Shown: positions 17,500-26,506, numbered from the stretch's first letter. The stretch is DNA of 64,000 nt from an uncultured archaeon (GCA_000965745.1 CP009479.1:384001-448000); one strand, 5' to 3'. Notes: generated from the letters alone by a model not told the origin. Numbers and translations are program-made.

Positions 17500-20423
17500 T
17501 GGTAAATGTCAAGTCTCCCGGAACAAGAGATGTACCGCTAAAGCTTGCGAAGAGGATTACCGAACAAGCAAACGAGTTGTGGAAATCTGGAGAATTTCTT
17601 GAGAAAGTCGCGCCAATAACTCAGGAACTGCTTAAGTTCTGGGACCCTGATGGAATATTTGCTGATGAAAGAAGCATAAACTTTCATGATGGGCAGTGGC
17701 AATCGATACTGAATGTAATCTATGTGCACGAGGTCCTGAAACTATCCAGCGTTGGTGAGCTGTATGCTCAAATTTACTCAGAACTGCTGGCGCAAATGAA
17801 CATGGCAGATCTCAAACAGGATAAATACGAACATCCAAAATATTGTGTAAAGATGGCAACAGGAACCGGTAAGACTTGGGTTATGGATGCTTTACTCATA
17901 TGGCAATACCTTAACTCAAAATACGATGAAAATGGAAGTGAGAGGTTCTCAAAGAACTTCTTGTTAGTGGCTCCTGGTATCATAGTCTATGAAAGACTCC
18001 TGGACGCTTATCTGGGAAAGCGAAGAGAGGACGGTAATAGGGACTTTGATCAGTCCGATTTCTGGAGATTTCAGAAACTCTTCATTCCACCTGTCCACAA
18101 GGATGCAGTCTTTGGCTTTATCCAGAGTTGTGTTTCTCAAAAAGAGGAAATAGGACGAAAAGTCACCGGAGAAGGGCTAATAGGAATCACAAACTGGCAT
18201 CTTTTGGCAGAGGATGAGGAAGAAGATGAACTGGAGTCTGCACTAGATAGGCCAGATATAGCAGTAAATGAACTGCTCCCCATTACTCCTGGTACTTCCC
18301 AGGGCCATTCCTTGGAGGAACTTGACAATCAGTATATGAGAGGCCGGGAACTCGACTACTTATCAAGTCTTCAGGACCTTGTCGTATTCAATGACGAAGC
18401 TCACCATCTTGGCGAGATGAAGAGGGCGGATCAGGTTGTGGAGAAGAAATGGCAGGAAGCACTGGACAAAATTGCAGAGATCAAGAAGGATCGTTTCATG
18501 CAAGTGGATTTTTCAGCAACACCGTACATTGTCACTGGTAGTGGACAAAGCAGAGTCCAGAATCATTTCCCACACATAGTGTCCAACTTCGAACTCGTGG
18601 ATGCAATAAAAGAAGGACTGGTCAAAACTGTCGCTATTGACAAGAGGAAGGAGTTCGGTTCAATTCCTCTTGAGGACCTTGAGTACAAAGCAGAGCGAGA
18701 GGGCAAACAGGTTGCGAGTCTCTCCGATGGGCAAAAACTCATGCTAAGAGCAGGTATGCAGAAATTGAACATACTTGAGGAAGAATTTACAAAACTGGAC
18801 TCGACAAAGTATCCTAAAATGCTAGTCGTCTGTGAAGATACCAAAGTGGGCCCTCTGGTTATCACATTCCTTCTGCAGGAAGGCTACTCAGAGGACGATG
18901 TAATGGAAATCCACTCCACAAGGAAAGGCGATGTGAGCGAGGCAGAGTGGAAAGTGATTGAACAAAGACTCTTCGACATAGACCGTCATAAGAAGCCAAA
19001 GGTGATTGTTTCCGTTCTAATGCTCAGGGAAGGATTTGATGTTAACAATATATGTGTTATAGTGCCACTTAGGTCCGCCTCTTCTTACGTTCTATTGGAG
19101 CAGTTAATAGGGAGAGGTCTCAGATTAATGTGGCGTGGACCAGACTACGATGATATAAGAGCAGAAAATCGTGAGAAACTTCTAGTAAAGAAGGAAGAGC
19201 CAGATAGCTATATTGACATTCTAAGTGTAGTAGAGCACCCTAACTTCATCGAATATTATGAAAGAGTCCTTGCCGGAATGGTGGGCAAGGTCAGTGAAGA
19301 ACCAACAAAGAATAGAGTCGTTGGCGACCTTATCAAGGTAGGTCTCAAACCTAACTACAGAGACTATGACTTGTTCTGGATCATCATATTGCAGGACAAA
19401 GAGGAAGAACTCGCGGTGCCTGACCTATCCATAAATAAACTTGAGCCATTCCAGATGAGACTTGAGGATTTGCGTTCACTGGTCGGGCGAAAAGGTGATA
19501 CGTTTTACAGCGAGGAATTGACAGTAAAGACAACTTTTGGCGAATATACTGTTACAGCAGACATTTTCACTGCAAAAAGCTACAATTCATTTATCCAGAA
19601 AGTGGTGAACGCAGTGTCAGTTATCCATGTCAATGCAAGAGGCAGGAAATCAAGGGATTTTCCAGTCATGCAGGTTAATTCTGCCCTTATTGCAAAGCTC
19701 ACGGATGAATACATCAGACACAAACTATTCGGGCAGGAGTTTGATCCATTAGTGGATAATAACTGGCGCGTACTTCTTGTGGCACAGCAGAACTTGATCA
19801 AGCACATTGTAAGTAACATTGCACAGGCTGTTTATGATTCCATGAAGAATCTCAAAGTAAACGAGGCCAAGATCGTGAAAAAGTACTTCTCCGAGGTGCC
19901 TGAAATTCGAATAAGGGAAACATATGCCTTGAGAGCTGCAAAGAACATTTACGAGAAGATAGCCTATCCTTCACATGCTGGTGGGTTTGAAAAGGACTTT
20001 ATCGAATTCATAGATTCTGATTCCAAAGTCAAGGCATTTGTGAAGATAAACGAATACTACAACGACTTTGCAAATATCATTTATGTCAGGGACGACGGTC
20101 TTCTTGCTCACTACTACCCGGACTTCATGATAAGGGCTTGTGATCACATCTATCTTGTAGAAACCAAATCTGAAAGAGACATGAGCAACCAGAATGTCAA
20201 AAACAAGAGGATCGCAGCCATTGACTGGGTGGATAAAATAAATGAGCTCCCTCCAGAGGAAAGAATGAATTGTGATTGGAGCTACGTGCTCCTTAGCCAG
20301 AACACTTTCGAAATGATGAAAAAGCAGGGCGCGAATACCTGTGAGATACTGGAATACACCAAACTCACCAAGGCAAAGGTGAGAGGTACACTAGGAGACT
20401 ACATGGGATTCAAGGACTATTGA
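17496..20423 (+). CDS. res: Type III R-M restriction helicase-endonuclease subunit
   Basis: MATGTGKT, NDEAHH, FSATP, LREGFDV, EQLIGRGLR, and the C-terminal YYPDF...VETK nuclease motif. It overlaps the mod stop. Confidence 0.88.
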   Translation: MMVNVKSPGTRDVPLKLAKRITEQANELWKSGEFLEKVAPITQELLKFWDPDGIFADERSINFHDGQWQSILNVIYVHEVLKLSSVGELYAQIYSELLAQMNMADLKQDKYEHPKYCVKMATGTGKTWVMDALLIWQYLNSKYDENGSERFSKNFLLVAPGIIVYERLLDAYLGKRREDGNRDFDQSDFWRFQKLFIPPVHKDAVFGFIQSCVSQKEEIGRKVTGEGLIGITNWHLLAEDEEEDELESALDRPDIAVNELLPITPGTSQGHSLEELDNQYMRGRELDYLSSLQDLVVFNDEAHHLGEMKRADQVVEKKWQEALDKIAEIKKDRFMQVDFSATPYIVTGSGQSRVQNHFPHIVSNFELVDAIKEGLVKTVAIDKRKEFGSIPLEDLEYKAEREGKQVASLSDGQKLMLRAGMQKLNILEEEFTKLDSTKYPKMLVVCEDTKVGPLVITFLLQEGYSEDDVMEIHSTRKGDVSEAEWKVIEQRLFDIDRHKKPKVIVSVLMLREGFDVNNICVIVPLRSASSYVLLEQLIGRGLRLMWRGPDYDDIRAENREKLLVKKEEPDSYIDILSVVEHPNFIEYYERVLAGMVGKVSEEPTKNRVVGDLIKVGLKPNYRDYDLFWIIILQDKEEELAVPDLSINKLEPFQMRLEDLRSLVGRKGDTFYSEELTVKTTFGEYTVTADIFTAKSYNSFIQKVVNAVSVIHVNARGRKSRDFPVMQVNSALIAKLTDEYIRHKLFGQEFDPLVDNNWRVLLVAQQNLIKHIVSNIAQAVYDSMKNLKVNEAKIVKKYFSEVPEIRIRETYALRAAKNIYEKIAYPSHAGGFEKDFIEFIDSDSKVKAFVKINEYYNDFANIIYVRDDGLLAHYYPDFMIRACDHIYLVETKSERDMSNQNVKNKRIAAIDWVDKINELPPEERMNCDWSYVLLSQNTFEMMKKQGANTCEILEYTKLTKAKVRGTLGDYMGFKDY

Positions 20424-20448
20424 CTCTTCTTACACTGACAACTTGTAC

Positions 20449-20613
20449 CTAAGCAGTACTCTTTGGAATGGTGTAGGAATTCTTCTCACCCACATAGGTA
20501 TTGAAATTATTACCACACTCTGAGCATTTGTATCTTGAAACCTCATATACATTAAACGCCCATTGTTTGAGAGGAGGATTCTTATTTTCCATGTTACAGA
20601 CAGGGCACTTCAT
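20449..20613 (-). CDS. 54-aa Zn-ribbon protein with Cren7-like pattern (not in ORF track)
   Basis: MKCPVCNMENKNPPLKQWAFNVYEVSRYKCSECGNNFNTYVGEKNSYTIPKSTA*, containing two CxxC motifs. Confidence 0.7.
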   Translation of the reverse strand: MKCPVCNMENKNPPLKQWAFNVYEVSRYKCSECGNNFNTYVGEKNSYTIPKSTA

Positions 20614-20639
20614 AACGAAATAGTAGAACTAACGCCGAC

Positions 20640-20813
20640 TTAAATTTGTTCCTGTAAAAACTCCCTTGCACTTCTGACCCCTTTCTTTATATCATCTTCA
20701 CTTTTTCTTAATTGCTCCATCACACAATGGCTTTGAAGAGTTTCAATGGTAGCAAGAAGGCTATCCAGGTAGGATTTTGGTATGCTTATCAACCTGTCGT
20801 TGTGTTTTGCCAT
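20640..20813 (-). CDS. Orphan antitoxin-like small protein (Phd/YefM C-terminal-like)
   Basis: ISIPKSYLDSLLATIETLQ...MEQLRKSEDDIKKG pattern. No adjacent toxin gene was seen. Confidence 0.5.
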   Translation of the reverse strand: MAKHNDRLISIPKSYLDSLLATIETLQSHCVMEQLRKSEDDIKKGVRSAREFLQEQI

Positions 20814-20856
20814 CAAGAACAATAATACATATTCAGCTTTTAGTATCTATTGGTAA

Positions 20857-21270
20857 GACTCCGGCTCAAATTCACCCCTAACCCCTCTTTGAGCCTCCGC
20901 CGATTACTATGTGCCCTTCGCTCGCCTGCACGCCGAGCACAGGACCCCATGCTTCGACTCCAATCAAAATTCACCCCTAGCCCCTCTTTTGATTTACGTC
21001 TCGCACTCTTCTTCGAAGAGCCCCTCATTCGCCTTGCTCATTCAGGGTGGTGTCCTGTGCTCGCCGCTCGTGGTGTATGTGTGGTGTTAAACACCTTCGC
21101 TTCGCTTGGTGTTCCACACCACCCACCGCTAACGCTTACACCACTCGGTCTTGCTACGCAAGACTTCCGGCTCGCTTCGGGCACATTATTCTCTCCTGCG
21201 GAGTGCAATTTTAGGGGAACAGGGGGAGGGGAATTTTTGACCGCACAATCTCGCTGCGCTCGGTGCGGGA
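20857..21270 (-). other. Highly structured non-coding region (candidate single-strand origin / ssDNA signal, or ncRNA)
   Basis: At least 9 nested perfect stems, two repeated hairpins with compensatory stems, and C-GNA-G triloops on the minus strand. Confidence 0.75.
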
Positions 21271-21406
21271 TAATATTAGGGGTTCTCGGTCCGTGCTCAC
21301 TTCAACGATTCACAGATGGATAATACAAAGCACTGCGACCAACCCTTTTGGGAAAAGGTAGACGAAAACAAAAATTATTAGAAAATAATGTAATAACCAC
21401 GTGACG

Positions 21407-21443
21407 AGGTTTGTATAACAAACCTGACAAACAGGTTTTATAC
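21407..21443. promoter_or_regulatory. Palindromic operator and TATA-like box upstream of the DGQHR gene
   Basis: AGGTTTGT-ATA-ACAAACCT (21407-21425), an overlapping AAACCTG-N5-CAGGTTT, and TTTTATAC at ~21436. Confidence 0.55.
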
Positions 21444-21472
21444 AAGAAACCAATTAAGAGGTAGGTGAAACA

Positions 21473-22585
21473 ATGAGACTTAGAGCACTTGAAATTAGTC
21501 AGAAGGATACCCAGTTCTACCTCTGCTCATTTAGAGCAAAAGATATCGTTGGTATCTATAAGGTAGATACATGGAGAACGGATAACAGGAATGGCTACCA
21601 GAGAGATGTTGTAATCAGTAGGGCAAGAGGGTTTGGAAGATTCATAAGAGATGGCGGTGTCTCGCCTTCTTCCATACTGCTAAATGTGAGAGAAAGTGGA
21701 GTTATATCTTACAAAGATGGTTATTTACAGATCCCAGACGAGACTCCATTATGGATCGTAGATGGTCAGCACCGTGTCAAAGGGCTCAAAGAAATGATTG
21801 AAAATGATGGTCACATTGACATGGGAGAATTTGAATTCCCCGCAGTAATAATGAATTACCAGAATCCTTATGAGGAGGCTAAGCAATTCGTCATCATTAA
21901 CAGAACCGCAAAGGGTGTACGGTCTGATTTAGGTGAAAGATTCCTTCAAAGGGCTATTGAAGAACAAGGTAAAATGAGTGTCATGGCCAGACAAGGGCTC
22001 CCTTCATCGATTCTTACCGGAGTAGAATGGAAAACAAGGGCTGTCAATATAACCGACAGGATTAGCACCCTGGATACTTCTATATGGAAAGACCTGATTA
22101 TATTTCCGAACGAGCCTAAAGGCGATAAACTGGTCAGTCAAAAAGCATTTTCAGACTCACTGAGGCCAATTCTTAATGACCGACTATTTGAGAGACGTAC
22201 AGACGATGAAATAACCCAGATTCTCATAAACTACTGGAATGCAGTCAAGGAAATTTGGCCCAGATGCTTCAGCGATCCAAGCTCTTACGTTCTTCAGAAG
22301 TACGCAGGGGTTTTTGCCGTTCACAAGTTGCTTCCAAAGGCAGCTCAGTTCTGCCCTACTAAAGGCGATAAAATTGTTCTTACTAAAGATTCTTTCCTGG
22401 TAATTTTTGAAAGACTTTCTCAGAAGGACTTGGGGGACGGCAAGAAGTTTGACGAGGAAATTTGGGCAAACAGAGGCAGATATGGAATGCTTGGTACAAC
22501 AATGAAGTCCGTTTCCCTAATTACAGACGACCTGTCAGATGCGCTTGACAATTCTTTAGGATCGGGACAGGATATAGAACTGTAA
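21473..22585 (+). CDS. DGQHR-domain (DndB-like) protein
   Basis: GYQR, SILLN, WIVDGQHR and QFVIINRTAKGV motifs; AGGTGA SD. Confidence 0.88.
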   Translation: MRLRALEISQKDTQFYLCSFRAKDIVGIYKVDTWRTDNRNGYQRDVVISRARGFGRFIRDGGVSPSSILLNVRESGVISYKDGYLQIPDETPLWIVDGQHRVKGLKEMIENDGHIDMGEFEFPAVIMNYQNPYEEAKQFVIINRTAKGVRSDLGERFLQRAIEEQGKMSVMARQGLPSSILTGVEWKTRAVNITDRISTLDTSIWKDLIIFPNEPKGDKLVSQKAFSDSLRPILNDRLFERRTDDEITQILINYWNAVKEIWPRCFSDPSSYVLQKYAGVFAVHKLLPKAAQFCPTKGDKIVLTKDSFLVIFERLSQKDLGDGKKFDEEIWANRGRYGMLGTTMKSVSLITDDLSDALDNSLGSGQDIEL

Positions 22586-22602
22586 TTACCCCCTATTTCT
22601 AT

Positions 22603-23832
22603 TTGGAGGAATGTATGTCTTGTGATTTTATTTCTGAATTTCAAGTAACTGGCGACAAAGTAGTAAATCCAAGAGAAGGAATAACTTATGAATTCAAGGA
22701 GAATTTTAACTGGGGAGGCAAAGAGAAATATGCCAAGATCATGGCTTCTTTTGCTAATTCCACAGGTGGTTACCTCCTATTTGGCGTAAAAGATGACGGG
22801 CATATCGAGGGTCTCTCTAACAACAACTTTGAAGACCGCGACCCGGCAAATATCAGTTCATTCTTGAATTCCTTGTTCACTCCTGCAATACGGTGGGGCA
22901 AGTTCGTATGTGAACTTGGAGGATACAAGATCGGAGTCATCAAAGTCGAAGAGGCAATAGAAAAACCAATTATATCATATAGGAACGGCCAAGAGGTGAA
23001 GGAAGGAGACATTTTCTTTAGGTATGCAGCTCAAAGTGAAAGAATTAAGTTTTCTGAACTGAAGTCGATCATTGAAATTGGAAGAAGGGTGTACGGAGAG
23101 AAGCTCCTCAAGAGTCTAAGAATGATTGTCGAGAAAGGTCCTGAATCTGTAAAACTGCTTGACCTGAACGAGTTGAAAGATGCAAAGAAAGATGAGATTT
23201 ACTTCCTAGATGATAACTTTCCCGATTCGGAAGTAAGGGTACACAGAGCCTCAGAAAGCGAACAAACAAAGGGAGTTGGCATAAAAATAGTCAATGTTGA
23301 AGGTAAGGCGATGCCAATTACAATTAGGGAATTTGCAAACATAAGTTCAGAACTTATTGTGCACGCCTTTCTTGATCAAGAGCTCCCTGCAAAATTTGAT
23401 CCAATGGGCTTTGTGGAACGTCTCGCTTTCGAAACTAGCGGTTTGGTGCCTATGTATTTTTATATAAAAGAGGCCAACTTAACAAGAGATGAGGCAGTTG
23501 AGCTTATTAAAAAAACAAAGTCTACCACTAGAGGAAGAACTACTATCCTAAAACGATTGAGTGGTAAGGAATACGACTTCAGATCTTCAACATACAGCAA
23601 CACACTTGATGACTTAATTAATGGTTCCTTGAGCATAAGTGATCTGCAAACCTCAAATGTCAGGACCGTCTTGCAATCTATACGGTCTTGTTCAAAAGGC
23701 TTCTTGGTGCAGAACTGGAATAGGCTGAAGGACATAATGCAATACCTATATGATGAGTATTATATGAACCCGAAATTCAGGTCTGAGGTTAGATGGGCAA
23801 TGTGTTTCATAGACTTGACCTTATTTTCATAG
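22603..23832 (+). CDS. AlbA_2/Schlafen-like domain protein with unassigned C-terminal region
   Basis: REGITYEFKE, MASFANSTGGYLLFGVKDDG and IFFRY are typical AlbA_2 motifs. Likely start is ATG 22615 after GGAGG. Confidence 0.85.
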   Translation: MEECMSCDFISEFQVTGDKVVNPREGITYEFKENFNWGGKEKYAKIMASFANSTGGYLLFGVKDDGHIEGLSNNNFEDRDPANISSFLNSLFTPAIRWGKFVCELGGYKIGVIKVEEAIEKPIISYRNGQEVKEGDIFFRYAAQSERIKFSELKSIIEIGRRVYGEKLLKSLRMIVEKGPESVKLLDLNELKDAKKDEIYFLDDNFPDSEVRVHRASESEQTKGVGIKIVNVEGKAMPITIREFANISSELIVHAFLDQELPAKFDPMGFVERLAFETSGLVPMYFYIKEANLTRDEAVELIKKTKSTTRGRTTILKRLSGKEYDFRSSTYSNTLDDLINGSLSISDLQTSNVRTVLQSIRSCSKGFLVQNWNRLKDIMQYLYDEYYMNPKFRSEVRWAMCFIDLTLFS

Positions 23833-23839
23833 TCCGCGT

Positions 23840-23882
23840 AAGTATTCGCTTAATATTTTAATCAAATCCCGACCGGTCCATT
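23840..23882 (+). repeat. attR1 (arm plus tRNA-Ala 3' core)
   Basis: AAGTATTCGCTTAATATTTTAA followed by TCAAATCCCGACCGGTCCATT. Confidence 0.92.
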
Positions 23883-23888
23883 CGAACC

Positions 23889-24281
23889 CTACCTGAACAG
23901 CTTGAGACCCTTGTCAGTAAAAACTTCAAAGTGATTATATAAGGTATAGAGTGAGCATCCGTTATTAATTGCTATTGACGCAACAATAGCGTCCATTCTT
24001 GGAACTGCCCCTCCTTTTCTTTCCGCGTCTAATTCTAAAACGGCAGATAGTTCACTGTCATTTTTACTGTATTCCAGAGTTGGAATCTGCAGGACTAGAC
24101 GAGAATCTCTGGAGTATTTCTCTATACCGTACAGCACCTCATGCATGTTCACTGAACTTGTGCAGTATTCTTCCCCGCTTTCGATGATTTTAAGCATGAG
24201 TTCCTGGCCTTTGTATGAGTCCTTATCCAGCACTTCGATGATGATATCCGTGTCCAGAAGAATCAATTTCTTTTCTCCCAT
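23889..24281 (-). CDS. vapC: VapC PIN-domain toxin
   Basis: ILLDTDIIIE, HEVLYG and MDAIVASIA motifs. It overlaps the antitoxin gene. Confidence 0.88.
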   Translation of the reverse strand: MGEKKLILLDTDIIIEVLDKDSYKGQELMLKIIESGEEYCTSSVNMHEVLYGIEKYSRDSRLVLQIPTLEYSKNDSELSAVLELDAERKGGAVPRMDAIVASIAINNGCSLYTLYNHFEVFTDKGLKLFR

Positions 24282-24475
24282 CGTTTCTTTTCTATATCCA
24301 TGAGGAGCTCCTTCTTATTTTCAAATTCCACGCTTCCCCGTAGAGACAAAAGTAGATCCTTCTTGCTCTGTGATTTAATAAGCCTGTCCAGAAGTTCACT
24401 GAAACTTTCATTCTCCTTCTTGAATCCCATCAGTTCATCATATACAGATTTCTTAATGGTGATAGTTTTAGGCAT
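24263..24475 (-). CDS. vapB: VapB antitoxin (archaeal DUF217-like)
   Basis: KTITIKKSVYDELMGFKKENESFSELLDRLI pattern, directly upstream of the PIN toxin. Confidence 0.88.
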   Translation of the reverse strand: MPKTITIKKSVYDELMGFKKENESFSELLDRLIKSQSKKDLLLSLRGSVEFENKKELLMDIEKKRWEKRN

Positions 24476-24550
24476 AACATATGTTTATGTTTAACACTAT
24501 TTATACCTTCATACATCTACCAGTAAAGGCGCTGGAACGTGTCTTCTATA

Positions 24551-24591
24551 AAGTATTCGCTTAATATTTTAATCAAATCCCGACCAGTCCA
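24551..24591 (+). repeat. attR2, a 40/41 copy of attR1
   Basis: AAGTATTCGCTTAATATTTTAATCAAATCCCGACCAGTCCA versus 23840-23880: a single G>A difference. Confidence 0.92.
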
Positions 24592-24696
24592 CTTCAAGTT
24601 TACCGGGATATGCGAACAACTTTCAAGATTTACCCCCACCCTTGATTGTCTGCAGAAGCTCCATGCGGGATCACTTCAGCACCGGATCCAGTTCAA

Positions 24697-26151
24697 TCAA
24701 TTTTCTGGTTTCTTCAATTTCTTGAAAAGCTCATGTTCTATATCCGAAAGATTCATGAAGATTACATTTCCAGCCAGCCCATGCATGGCTCCCTTGAATC
24801 CACTTTTTGAAAATACAGCATATGTATAATTTTTCCCGGGGTATTGCTTTCTCAGTGATTCTGATTTTGTCTTTAAAGCTTCAACCACATTTATCGGTAC
24901 GGGACTGTTTGTCCACTTGCATTCTGCGAAAAACAATTCTCCACGTTTTTCGGAGTGTGCGACGATATCGATCTCCTCCACACCCCTGCCCTTTTTTCCG
25001 GACCCGTTTCTGCCCCACCACCTGGAAACAGTGTCAAACGATCTGCCTAATATCCCTTCCAATATTAGTTCCTTCATGAGGTTCTCAAACTGCTCACCCG
25101 CAAATGTGGGAAAATCTGTCTTTATGCTCTCAAGTACGCCTCCGTTGCGGGAACTCTCGATTTCACTCTTATGCGGCAATACATACCTGAACCAGAACTT
25201 CAGGTACTGGTCGGATATCCAGTACAATTTTCTCTTGAATTTCTCATGAGCCCCGAATGGCTTTTCAGGTATTACAAGGCCAAGTGACATGAGGACATCG
25301 AGATACTTGGATACCATACTCTTGTCCAGCCCGGAATAGTAACATATCTCTCCCAATGTATGATTTCCGTAAGAAATAGATCTGAGAATCAGCATGTAGT
25401 TCCTCGGTTCCCTGAATTCAGTTCTAAGGAGAAATTCTGCCTCCTCATAGAGTGCAGAACCTTTTGAAAGCAGGTTCTTTGACACATTTCCCCAAAATCC
25501 AACAGAAGGATCAAGTTTCAGAAGATATTCTGGTATGCCGCCAAATACAAAGTATGTATTGCATAAATCTTCAAATCCATAATCCACAAATTCAGCCAAA
25601 TATCTGAACTTCAAAGGTTTCAGCTGCAGTTGGCCGGTTCTTCTGCCGTAAAGAGGACTTCTACAGGAAAGTACTTCATTTTCCATTATGCTGATTGATG
25701 AGCCTGAAAGAATCAACATTACATTCATCTGCCTCAGAATCGTGTCGTATATTTTTTGAAACACCGATGAGATTGCCCTGTTAGCCTCTATTAGATATGG
25801 AAATTCATCAATGGCAATTATGACCTTTGATTTGCTTGCTTTCGCACGAAATGAGCTACTTGAAGCCAGAACAGAGAAAAGAGAGTGCCAATCATCAAAA
25901 CTTGCCTTGATAATACTGTCATCTTCCAGAAACCTTGATACACTCGCCTTGAAGTTGTTTATGTTTTCTTTGTCTCCTTCTGCTGTTGCAAGAAAATAGA
26001 CTCCCCTGTTGCCAATGAACCTACTGATTAATTCAGTCTTTCCAACCCTTCTTCTCCCATAAAGGATGAACAGCGAAGCTTCCTTGGATGAGTAAGCATT
26101 CTCAAGGATTTCTAGTTCCTCAACTCTGTTGACAAACTTTTGTTGATACAT
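24697..26151 (-). CDS. Archaeal ATPase (AAA + wHTH + DUF234/PD-(D/E)XK domain)
   Basis: FVNRVEEL, YGRRRVGKT, IDEFPYL, GGIPEYL, DQYLKFWFRY and RWW...EIDIV...FAECKW. Confidence 0.9.
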   Translation of the reverse strand: MYQQKFVNRVEELEILENAYSSKEASLFILYGRRRVGKTELISRFIGNRGVYFLATAEGDKENINNFKASVSRFLEDDSIIKASFDDWHSLFSVLASSSSFRAKASKSKVIIAIDEFPYLIEANRAISSVFQKIYDTILRQMNVMLILSGSSISIMENEVLSCRSPLYGRRTGQLQLKPLKFRYLAEFVDYGFEDLCNTYFVFGGIPEYLLKLDPSVGFWGNVSKNLLSKGSALYEEAEFLLRTEFREPRNYMLILRSISYGNHTLGEICYYSGLDKSMVSKYLDVLMSLGLVIPEKPFGAHEKFKRKLYWISDQYLKFWFRYVLPHKSEIESSRNGGVLESIKTDFPTFAGEQFENLMKELILEGILGRSFDTVSRWWGRNGSGKKGRGVEEIDIVAHSEKRGELFFAECKWTNSPVPINVVEALKTKSESLRKQYPGKNYTYAVFSKSGFKGAMHGLAGNVIFMNLSDIEHELFKKLKKPEN

Positions 26152-26263
26152 AAGTATTATACTTTATTCACAACAAGTACATTAACCTGTCCGGACTAAA
26201 CGTATTAAACTGAATAACCTTGGAGTCTTCCTTTAAAACAATAATAATTTATCAGGATGCCGT

Positions 26264-26506
26264 TCATTCAAGCTCGAGTCTTCTCTTCAGCTCTTCGAGT
26301 GAGATAAGTCTACCCTCCACTACATCCAAGGAACTCTCGAGGAAAGATGCTTTGAATTCATCAGTGTATCTACCTTCATCGTCACCCTCAGGGATCAGAC
26401 TCAATAATGCCCTTATCAATTTGTCATAAGAAATGCCACCGGCTTTCTTTAGTGCTTCCAATCTCAATTTAGTGGATTCTTTTACGTGGATTGTGGAATT
26501 ATTCAT
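26264..26506 (-). CDS. Orphan RHH antitoxin-like protein
   Basis: STIHVKESTKLRLEALK...SYDKLIRALL and a C-terminal GRLISLEELKRRL typical of archaeal RelB-type antitoxins. No toxin gene follows. Confidence 0.65.
   Translation of the reverse strand: MNNSTIHVKESTKLRLEALKKAGGISYDKLIRALLSLIPEGDDEGRYTDEFKASFLESSLDVVEGRLISLEELKRRLELE

Larger units (their letters stand above)
6345..23882 (+). mobile_element. Integrated plasmid-like element (~17.5 kb) inserted in the 3' end of tRNA-Ala
   Basis: Perfect 21-bp direct repeat TCAAATCCCGACCGGTCCATT at 6345-6365 and 23862-23882. The integrase lies next to the tRNA; cargo includes parA, a resolvase, cdc6 and R-M genes. Confidence 0.93.

Noticed and set aside
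20850-21323. 157-aa ORF on + and 62-aa ORF on - across the structured region
   Set aside because: The composition is atypical (Arg/Pro/Leu/Ser-rich), there are no motifs, and the repeats are explained by hairpin structure. They are most likely chance open frames.
21473-22585. Dnd phosphorothioation system
   Set aside because: Only the DGQHR/DndB-like gene is present; there are no dndC/D/E or cysteine desulfurase genes in the window.
6345-23882. Provirus interpretation of the element
   Set aside because: No recognisable capsid, terminase, portal or spike gene; the content is plasmid-like. A highly divergent virus cannot be fully excluded without structure searches.
26150-26267. Toxin gene downstream of the RelB-like antitoxin
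   Set aside because: The overlapping ATGA opens only a short frame of under 30 codons with no RelE/PIN features.
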